Positions 1 to 5,608 of a DNA stretch of 13,732 nucleotides are shown piece by piece. Made by a program: the position numbers and the translations under genes. The stretch covers positions 1-13,732 of the forward strand of contig JBCBUK010000033.1 of NCBI GenBank assembly GCA_039818205.1, given 5' to 3'. The notes under the pieces were generated by a model. That model saw only the letters and a list, made by a program, of their open reading frames with translations. It was not told the DNA's origin and did not search any database. The number at the start of each line of letters is the position of its first letter. The stretch's first letter is position 1. This DNA is from Verrucomicrobiota bacterium. Its GTDB lineage: Bacteria > Verrucomicrobiota > Verrucomicrobiia > Opitutales > Cerasicoccaceae.

Positions 1-2
1 TT

Positions 3-1823
3 GAGTCCCACGGTGTCAAAACCGTCGATTGGAATCAAGTCACCTCAATTGTGCAGTATGACGAACGAACATTCTGGATTGGGACTGGTGATCAGGGCCT
101 TTACAGGGTCATTGTGACGGGCTCAGACCCAAACGACCTTGAAAGCTATCGCTTCGAGAAGTGGAACCAAAATGCTGCGGAAACATTGGGTGTCACATGG
201 GCTCATGTCGAGATGCTAGACGATCAGCTTTACTTGATTTGTGACACTGGTCTCTATATCTACAATAAAGAGCGAAACCACTTTTTTTACCGAGATAATC
301 TCGGGGATGATCTTGGAAATAATGTCTACAACGTTACTGTTTTTAAGCAGGACAACGATTCATTTTGGGTGCTGTATCAAACTGGTGATGCTGTGCCGCG
401 GCTTAAAAAGTTGACTCGATATGGAACCCATTTACGCGGGCAAGAGTTCTTCGCGCCAGCCCTTCATGAAGCCGCCGTGCCACGTAGTTTTGTGGTTAGT
501 CCTGATGAGTCTAAGATAATCATTAGCGGGGAGAATTTGGTTTGTTCCTCGTTGATTAGCGAGTTGCCAGTCATTTCAGCGCCTGAAGTCGCTCGTATCT
601 TGGTGGATGGCCAGGTAGTAAGAGAGGCTGATATAGATGGATTTTTTAGTTCGGTCGACATTGCGGTTGCTAGCCCCGATGCAACCTCAACCGATGTTCA
701 GTATCGATTTAGGGAGAATAACGAACCTTGGACCGAATGGTCAGATTCACCTATTCACCACCTATATGATCCAGATGATGGAGATATTCTTAGCTATCAA
801 TCGATCGCTTCTGGAGCGTCAATCAGTGATGTAGGTTCAATTGCACTGGCGGTAAACCCGCCTGTTTGGTTAAAACCACATTCGATTGCTTTGTATGCGG
901 CGACAGTATTCGGAGGGGTTTATTGCCTGGCATCCGCCTATCGTCGACGGTTCATGAAAAGGCTCGCTCAAGTCGAATCTGAACACCTAGAAGAGCTTGA
1001 GGTTGTTAAGGAGAAGTGTGAGCGCGATTTGGAAGGTATGCGTGCCAAGCTGATGGAATCGCATGAGGTTTCGCAGGTAGCCCAGGACGCTGGAACAACG
1101 AATTTGCGCGTTGCGGCACACGGATTCAAATCTCTTGTTTCGTCGGGCCTTGCGCACATTCGAGTCATCCTTAGTGACACTGCAATTAGTGTGCGCTCTC
1201 AGGCGTCGCTTGGTGCAATGAAGCTTCTATTCCGCAAGATCGATATTAACTTTCAGGGGGTGTTTCAGTTGGAAGACCTTGAGAAAGGAACGGTCCAACT
1301 GGAAAACGAATCGATCGAGCTAATCCCATTCTCAACCGAAATGGTTGAATGCTTTCAAATGGAAGCGACCGCGCAAGGGGTCCACTACAATTGGGATTTT
1401 GGTAATTTCGAGGAAGTGCTAGTAATGGATTTCTACGGTGACCGAACAATGCTCGAGCGCATTCTTTTCAACCTGATCGGCAATGCCCTTCGGCACTCGA
1501 AAGACGGAAAAGACGAACCGCTAGTCCGGGTCTACCCAAGCACGAGGCAGGTGGACGGAAAGACGGAACTCACACTTTCAATTGAGGATAATGGGTTGGG
1601 TGTGCCGGAGGGAGAGGAAGACAACATTTTTAGAAAATTCTACACGACAGCAGAAGACGGCTCAGGCCTTGGTTTATATCTTTCAAAGCTCATGGCTGAA
1701 TCGATGGGTGGCACTTTGCGCTGTGAAAGAAGCCGCCATGGAGGCGCAGCGTTTATTCTTTCGATACCATTTTCTCCGCCTGGAGTTATATCCAGGGAAG
1801 GAAAACAAACACCAAACGTCTAA
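3..1823 (+). CDS. Membrane-bound sensor histidine kinase, 5'-truncated (extracytoplasmic beta-propeller-like/Y_Y_Y-like sensor, one TM helix, coiled coil, HisKA-like + HATPase_c)
   Basis: Frame is open from base 3 through the GTG at 51, so the gene starts outside the window. 'FWIGTGDQGLYR' resembles two-component propeller repeats. 'QYRFRENNEPWTEWS' is Y_Y_Y-like. TM segment SIALYAATVFGGVYCLASAY is followed by RRR. H-box AAHGFKS, N-box ILFNLIGNALRH, G1 IEDNGLGV, F-box IFRKFYT, G2 GSGLGLYL. Confidence 0.93.
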   Translation, partial: ESHGVKTVDWNQVTSIVQYDERTFWIGTGDQGLYRVIVTGSDPNDLESYRFEKWNQNAAETLGVTWAHVEMLDDQLYLICDTGLYIYNKERNHFFYRDNLGDDLGNNVYNVTVFKQDNDSFWVLYQTGDAVPRLKKLTRYGTHLRGQEFFAPALHEAAVPRSFVVSPDESKIIISGENLVCSSLISELPVISAPEVARILVDGQVVREADIDGFFSSVDIAVASPDATSTDVQYRFRENNEPWTEWSDSPIHHLYDPDDGDILSYQSIASGASISDVGSIALAVNPPVWLKPHSIALYAATVFGGVYCLASAYRRRFMKRLAQVESEHLEELEVVKEKCERDLEGMRAKLMESHEVSQVAQDAGTTNLRVAAHGFKSLVSSGLAHIRVILSDTAISVRSQASLGAMKLLFRKIDINFQGVFQLEDLEKGTVQLENESIELIPFSTEMVECFQMEATAQGVHYNWDFGNFEEVLVMDFYGDRTMLERILFNLIGNALRHSKDGKDEPLVRVYPSTRQVDGKTELTLSIEDNGLGVPEGEEDNIFRKFYTTAEDGSGLGLYLSKLMAESMGGTLRCERSRHGGAAFILSIPFSPPGVISREGKQTPNV

Positions 1824-1840
1824 CATCCAAAATACGAAAT

Positions 1841-2014
1841 ATGATAAAGCTAGTACAATCAGTAATCGCTACTGCAAAATATAACGCCGGATTACGCTCC
1901 GACCATTCCGCCCTAGACCCAATCAGTACCGCAGGCTTTGGTACGTTCCCCTGCGAAGTTAAGTCGCCAAAGCCAACCACGGATGATCCATCACCAACTA
2001 AGCCCAAAGAGTAG
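1841..2014 (+). CDS. Small 57-aa ORF downstream of the kinase (MIKLVQSVIATAKYNAGLRSDHSALDPISTAGFGTFPCEVKSPKPTTDDPSPTKPKE), function unknown
   Basis: Translated by hand (below the ORF-track cutoff): ATG 1841, TAG 2012-2014. It starts 17 nt after the kinase stop, has an A-rich leader like other genes in the window, and lies upstream of the + strand terminator. Confidence 0.55.
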   Translation: MIKLVQSVIATAKYNAGLRSDHSALDPISTAGFGTFPCEVKSPKPTTDDPSPTKPKE

Positions 2015-2077
2015 AGATGTTTCTATGGAACGTTAGAAAAACGTTTTGAGTGTTTTTTCATTATAGATGTTGAAAGA

Positions 2078-2112
2078 GGTGCTCGGGCTTAGGTCCGGGC
2101 GCTTTCTTTTTT
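2078..2112 (+). terminator. Rho-independent terminator for the kinase/small-ORF transcript, overlapping the 3' end of the convergent repressor gene
   Basis: GTGCTCGGGC-TTAG-GTCCGGGCGC stem (2079-2102; three G-U pairs favour the + strand) followed by TTTCTTTTTT. Confidence 0.65.
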
Positions 2113-2838
2113 GGCATCTTGCTTAAGCTGAGCCTCATGCTCGCGCATTGATTTTCGATAGAGCTTATAACGCCGGTCCCCGTAGTCGGGATCGTCGGTC
2201 TTGTTGTTATATCGTGCCCATTGTTCGGCGTTGAGGAATGCTTCGCGGGGCAGGAAATCCTGGCGCTCAAGCATTCTCTTGGCTGCGGACTCCTCGATGT
2301 TCAACATCTTGGCCAATTCCTTGTGCTTGCCCTTATACTGGGCCCGGAAGCGTTCGCAAAAATCGGCTATCGTCTCTCCGGGGCGCGTCCATCCCTCATA
2401 GGGCGCAGGTTCGCCTTTGAATGTTGGTAGCTCCTCGGTGAGGCTAGGGGGACCGGCCTCGGCGGCGGGCTTCTCCAGCTTCGACCGTGGCGCGACGGTC
2501 CAGGGTTCTTCAAGATTTTCGGCGGTGATTGTGTCTGTCGACTTCCAGAGGCCGCGCATGATCAGTTGTACAATTTCGCGCTGATCCTTGATCCCGTTCT
2601 TTTCGCACCATTGCTTGATTTGGTCGGCGTCATACGGGGTTGCTAGCGTGCTAGCAATAGCCCCGAGCGCATCAGCGCGAGAGGAGGAAGGGGATGTGAA
2701 GGCCTCGGTTAGGTCTGCCTCTACGAGCGCCCTAATGTAGTCAGACACAGACTTAGCTCCGACTTGAGCGGCACGCTTGTGAATGCGCCCCTCAAAATCG
2801 GCGGATGCTCGCATTCCGATAATCTTGTCCTTGGTCAT
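2089..2838 (-). CDS. Putative phage repressor with N-terminal ribbon-helix-helix (CopG/Arc/MetJ-like) domain, 249 aa
   Basis: Likely start is ATG at 2838 (MTKDKIIGMRASADFEGRIHKRAAQVGAKSVSDYIRALVEADL), a beta strand plus two helices with the 'S-V-S-D-Y-I-R' RHH signature. The ORF-track extension to 2922 runs through the AT-rich promoter region. It is the only convincing leftward gene and is divergent from the early operon. Confidence 0.75.
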   Translation of the reverse strand: MTKDKIIGMRASADFEGRIHKRAAQVGAKSVSDYIRALVEADLTEAFTSPSSSRADALGAIASTLATPYDADQIKQWCEKNGIKDQREIVQLIMRGLWKSTDTITAENLEEPWTVAPRSKLEKPAAEAGPPSLTEELPTFKGEPAPYEGWTRPGETIADFCERFRAQYKGKHKELAKMLNIEESAAKRMLERQDFLPREAFLNAEQWARYNNKTDDPDYGDRRYKLYRKSMREHEAQLKQDAKKESART

Positions 2839-2968
2839 TCCCTGGGATGTATAACAAAAAAAACACAATGTAAAACGTTGTTTATCAATATCATGTATAA
2901 CCTGTAAAACAGCGTAAAACAAAAACTGTTGACCGAGTCTCCGTTTATCGCTGTATTACGTGTTAAAC
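2839..2968. promoter_or_regulatory. Divergent promoter/operator region with seven TGTAWAAC-like direct repeats
   Basis: TGTATAAC 2848, TGTAAAAC 2869, TGTATAAC 2894, TGTAAAAC 2903, CGTAAAAC 2913, TGTATTAC 2952, TGTTAAAC 2961. Rightward -35-like TTGACC at 2929-2934. Leftward TTTACA (2874-2869) and TGT-TATACA (2856-2848). Confidence 0.75.
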
Positions 2969-3232
2969 ATGAGCACCAATCCGATAGCGTTTCGCCCCCA
3001 AAGGAAATTGAGACTCCTACTCGAAGAGCAGGCAGAGAGGGAGTTTAGGGGTAATGTTTCCCAACTAATAAACCATGCCCTTGAGGCATACTTCGAGGGA
3101 GAGGGGTTGATCGATAACGACCCCAAAGCAGAGTTGCACGGGTACCTAGACGAACTGATCGACCATCACGGCGTCGAGGCCGCTGAACGAATTATCCGTC
3201 GGGGCCGAAAGGGGGCAGCATGGGCCAGCTAA
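2969..3232 (+). CDS. RHH (Arc/CopG-like) DNA-binding protein in the Cro position, 87 aa
   Basis: MSTNPIAFRPQRKLRLLLEEQAEREFRGNVSQLINHALEAYF: strand IAFRP, helix, 'NVSQLI..AL' helix. First gene of the rightward operon. ATG 2969 is preferred to GTG 2960. Confidence 0.75.
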   Translation: MSTNPIAFRPQRKLRLLLEEQAEREFRGNVSQLINHALEAYFEGEGLIDNDPKAELHGYLDELIDHHGVEAAERIIRRGRKGAAWAS

Positions 3233-3573
3233 GCCTATGGGATGAGCCCGCTGATTGGCTCAATGAGTTTGAGCAGCGTCTACGCAAGTTGCGTTTAAAC
3301 AAGCTCTTTTGGTGGACCAAAAGCCTTCGCGATATCTTTGCCGACATCCTGGCCCGTCGTGATCGATCTTACGAACAACTCATGTTGCTCGAAAATGAGC
3401 TTGAGCGCGGCGACACCGCAGCGGCCAAGGACCGAATCGCAACGCTCAAGGGCATGCTGTCGGTCTTGGCGATCATGTTCATCGGGTTTTCTGCATTTAA
3501 CGCAAGTGACGATTTCGTGAGGCATTCACGGGGCCGCCGGAAGAATGAACAATCAACCCTTATCTCAGCATGA
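3220..3573 (+). CDS. Hypothetical phage protein with coiled coil and C-terminal hydrophobic helix
   Basis: AGGGGG SD-like sequence before ATG, overlaps upstream gene, hydrophobic MLSVLAIMFIGFSAF, ATGA coupling to the next ORF. Confidence 0.75.
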   Translation: MGQLSLWDEPADWLNEFEQRLRKLRLNKLFWWTKSLRDIFADILARRDRSYEQLMLLENELERGDTAAAKDRIATLKGMLSVLAIMFIGFSAFNASDDFVRHSRGRRKNEQSTLISA

Positions 3574-3722
3574 GTGATTTTGACAAAGAATGTGAGCTTG
3601 GTGAAACGATCATGGCCTGGGTGCTTGCCGCCTTCGTGATCTTTGGAGCGGTGCAATATGCAACCGCGAACATCGAACCACAACGGCCAACCCCGGAACG
3701 CTTAGCCAAGGTAGAGCGTTAG
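3570..3722 (+). CDS. Small single-TM hypothetical protein, 50 aa (MSDFDKECELGETIMAWVLAAFVIFGAVQYATANIEPQRPTPERLAKVER)
   Basis: Translated by hand. ATGA overlap with the upstream stop, exactly fills the gap before ATG 3726, one hydrophobic helix. Confidence 0.7.
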   Translation: MSDFDKECELGETIMAWVLAAFVIFGAVQYATANIEPQRPTPERLAKVER

Positions 3723-3725
3723 CCC

Positions 3726-4073
3726 ATGAGCAAGATATTCACCAGTGAAGTCACGATTATGTGCATGTATAGCTTCACAGTTAGCTGGGTGAATAAGGGC
3801 TTCGATGAGATCTACGGCCCTGAGCCTGAGATAGTCGATTTCGATATCGACGACTCCGAGTTCGACAGCGGTAAGCGCGACCCCTTTCTCCGCTCATGGC
3901 GTCAGTTGAAGAAGCGCGTCGAGGTAATGAAGAACTACAGCGACGAAGATCTTGAGATTTACGAGGACGTGCGCGAGGCGGTCGAAGCTAATTTCCGGGA
4001 GGTCGATATCAGAACTCCCATTGAAGAGTATTTGCAACGGTCGGTTTATCCGTCCACCCGAATTCCGGCCTAA
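3726..4073 (+). CDS. Acidic hypothetical phage protein, 115 aa
   Basis: Starts 3 nt after the upstream stop, co-directional with the operon, no recognisable motif. Confidence 0.7.
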   Translation: MSKIFTSEVTIMCMYSFTVSWVNKGFDEIYGPEPEIVDFDIDDSEFDSGKRDPFLRSWRQLKKRVEVMKNYSDEDLEIYEDVREAVEANFREVDIRTPIEEYLQRSVYPSTRIPA

Positions 4074-4175
4074 CCCGCCGGGGACTTAGTATCAGTTAGG
4101 TTAGTAGTAGGATAGATAGCATAGGGGAATCAGGGGTCAGCGTTGGTCTAATCCGCGCTGGCCCCACCAACCGCA
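4063..4175 (+). ncRNA. Candidate structured cis-regulatory RNA (two hairpins, each with a possible loop pseudoknot)
   Basis: Hairpin 1: TTCCGGC/GCCGGGG (4063-4083), loop CTAACCC complementary to GGTTAG at 4099-4104. Hairpin 2: GGGGTCAGC/GCTGGCCCC (4133-4165), loop GTTGGT (4142-4147) complementary to ACCAAC (4166-4171). Confidence 0.4.
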
Positions 4176-4182
4176 AACTAAG

Positions 4183-4434
4183 ATGGATATCAACGCTGAC
4201 ATTTTACCAGGCCCGGCACTTTGCCAGATACGCGACGTTGTTCGCGAAGAGATTGAGCGAGCAAAAGAGCCGCAACCGGTTAGCGTGCTGCCGCCCGTAA
4301 TGACAATCGCAGAATTCGCGAAGCGGGTAGGGCGCTCAAGAAGCACGGTTTATAAGTGGGTCAAAGAGGGCAAGGTAAAGACCAACCGCGCAGGACTAAT
4401 CACAGCGCGAGAGGGGCGAGAATTTGGACTCTAG
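4183..4434 (+). CDS. Excisionase/AlpA/MerR-like winged-HTH DNA-binding protein
   Basis: MTIAEFAKRVGRSRSTVYKWVKEGKV matches the HTH_17-type pattern. Confidence 0.85.
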   Translation: MDINADILPGPALCQIRDVVREEIERAKEPQPVSVLPPVMTIAEFAKRVGRSRSTVYKWVKEGKVKTNRAGLITAREGREFGL

Positions 4435-4477
4435 GGGCAAGGGGAGTGATCCCGGCGGCATAGGATGGCCGTCCCTC
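4433..4477 (+). other. Tandem GC-rich hairpins in the leader of the DUF6948-like gene
   Basis: GGGA-GTGA-TCCC (4442-4453, GNRA loop) directly abuts GGCGGC...GCCGTC (4454-4473). ATTTTT follows at about 4479-4484. Confidence 0.35.
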
Positions 4478-4510
4478 GATTTTTCACAACGAACTATAAA
4501 TACCAATACC

Positions 4511-4879
4511 ATGAATAAACCAGAAGTAATATCCATTGACGGCGTTAATTATCGCCGTTCCGACACAGTCCAGTCTCTGGCCCAAAACGAAGGGCTTGAT
4601 TACGTTGTTATTCGCTCCCGTGATTCAGGTTGCCATGCAGGTTACCTAAAATCCCGAAATGACCAATCAGTTACCTTGGTGCAATCGCGTCGTCTCTGGT
4701 ATTGGGATGGGGCAAGTAGCCTTTCCCAGTTGGCTATGGAGGGGGTTAAGAAGCCCGAGAACTGTAAATTTCCCTGCGAGGTTGCAGAGATCGAAGTCCT
4801 GGGAGTCTGCGAAATCATAAAGGCTACAGCAACCGCTCGTGAGAGTATCAACTCCGTCGAGACATGGGAGCAGAAATAG
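4511..4879 (+). CDS. DUF6948-like phage protein, 122 aa
   Basis: YVVIRSRDSGCHAGYL...VTLVQSRRLWYWDGASSLSQLAMEGV...EII motif series, recognised from memory as the family found upstream of Gly-rich ORFs in phages. ATG 4511 follows an AC-rich leader. The ORF-track start 4424 is upstream of the hairpins and unlikely. Confidence 0.8.
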   Translation: MNKPEVISIDGVNYRRSDTVQSLAQNEGLDYVVIRSRDSGCHAGYLKSRNDQSVTLVQSRRLWYWDGASSLSQLAMEGVKKPENCKFPCEVAEIEVLGVCEIIKATATARESINSVETWEQK

Positions 4880-5109
4880 ACAGAAAATACATGCGCGGCT
4901 ATGGCGATGGCGATGGCGATGGCTCTGGCTATGGCGATGGCGATGGCTCTGGCTATGGCGATGGCGATGGCTCTGGCTATGGCGATGGCTCTGGCTCTGG
5001 CTATGGCTATGGCTATGGCTCTGGCTCTGGCTATGGCGATGGCTATGGCTCTGGCTCTGGCTATGGCTCTGGCTATGGCTCTGGCGATGGCTCTGGCGAT
5101 GGCGAGTAG
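4864..5109 (+). CDS. Glycine-rich (Gly-X)35 peptide, X = Tyr/Asp/Ser, 81 aa
   Basis: ATG overlaps the terminal Trp codon of the upstream gene (acATGGgag). An 11-aa leader precedes 35 GX dipeptides, and the stop falls immediately after the repeat. Confidence 0.7.
   Translation: MGAEIDRKYMRGYGDGDGDGSGYGDGDGSGYGDGDGSGYGDGSGSGYGYGYGSGSGYGDGYGSGSGYGSGYGSGDGSGDGE
4897..5106 (+). repeat. 35-unit hexamer tandem repeat (GGCTAT x11, GGCGAT x11, GGCTCT x12, GGCGAG x1)
   Basis: Read directly from the sequence. Unit order YDDDSYDDSYDDSYDSSYYYSSYDYSSYSYSDSDE. Confidence 0.98.
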
Positions 5110-5141
5110 CTCCATATTTAACCAACGAACAGAAACGAACG

Positions 5142-5585
5142 ATGAAAGTAGAAATTGACCTAGCAAAAATGGTAATGACGCGAAACGGCTTAGACATTCG
5201 CACTGTTGCCCAGATCATTGAAGACATCAACTCTGAGCTACAGGCTCAAGCCGAAGACGAGAAGCCGCCGACAATCAAGAAACAGTTTGTCGTGGTGGTT
5301 TCTGATCCCGACGAGGTGCTACAGGGCAAGGTTCTGACGGGCTGGGTTGTCCAGATCCCCGAAGAGGATAGCCCGCACGTAGTTGAAGAGCGCCTATTCA
5401 GTTTGGCGCATGAATACAACATGACCAAGAAGGGTCGGCGCATCCCTGTTAAGACCGTTGCGGAGGTCTGCGAGAACGTTCCGGCACGCCTTCAGAAGGA
5501 GGCCAAGGCTTGGGTGAAGACCAAGGAGCCGGTCTACGTATTCCCGACTAAGAACCGCATTCCCCAGGCGGTAAACGTCGATTGA
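5142..5585 (+). CDS. Conserved hypothetical protein, 147 aa (KKQFVVVVSDP...GWVVQIPEEDS...KKGRRIPVKTV...WVKTKEP)
   Basis: ATG 5142 follows the AC-rich leader TAACCAACGAACAGAAACGAACG and gives a globular composition. The ORF-track extension to 4839 is a shadow frame of the repeat. Confidence 0.8.
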   Translation: MKVEIDLAKMVMTRNGLDIRTVAQIIEDINSELQAQAEDEKPPTIKKQFVVVVSDPDEVLQGKVLTGWVVQIPEEDSPHVVEERLFSLAHEYNMTKKGRRIPVKTVAEVCENVPARLQKEAKAWVKTKEPVYVFPTKNRIPQAVNVD

Positions 5586-5608
5586 TCACTTTAAACGAGG
5601 AACGAATC

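Noticed and set aside
1786..2007. Minus-strand 73-aa ORF and other short antisense ORFs in the track
   Set aside because: Antisense to better-supported + strand genes, with no motifs or initiation signals.
2015..2088. Prophage attachment site at the kinase/repressor junction
   Set aside because: No tRNA end, integrase or second copy of a core sequence is visible within the window, so it cannot be supported.
2839..2922. N-terminal extension of the repressor ORF given in the ORF track
   Set aside because: It runs through the operator/promoter repeats. The RHH domain begins at Met 2838.
2089..3573. RHH antitoxin-toxin module
   Set aside because: No recognisable toxin fold (RelE/ParE, PIN, MazF, GNAT) next to either RHH gene. 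The divergent layout heading a phage early operon fits a switch better.
4063..4175. Twister or hammerhead ribozyme, tRNA, or simple terminator
   Set aside because: The CC-UAAC start resembles twister but the downstream conserved core is missing. There is no CUGANGA/GAAA pair, no cloverleaf and no U-tract after either stem.
4897..5106. Repeat array as CRISPR or DGR template
   Set aside because: Contiguous 6-bp units with no unique spacers, and no cas or reverse transcriptase gene in the window.
4839..5141. Trp-rich (WR/WL)n N-terminal extension of the 4839..5585 ORF
   Set aside because: Shadow frame of the stop-free hexamer repeat. ATG 5142 has its own typical leader.
4642..5230. (MA/LA)n ORF 4901..5158 and the minus-strand (AI/AR)n and (HS/QS)n ORFs
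   Set aside because: They are open only because the repeat lacks stops, and they overlap better-supported genes. Only the GX frame starts and stops flush with the repeat.
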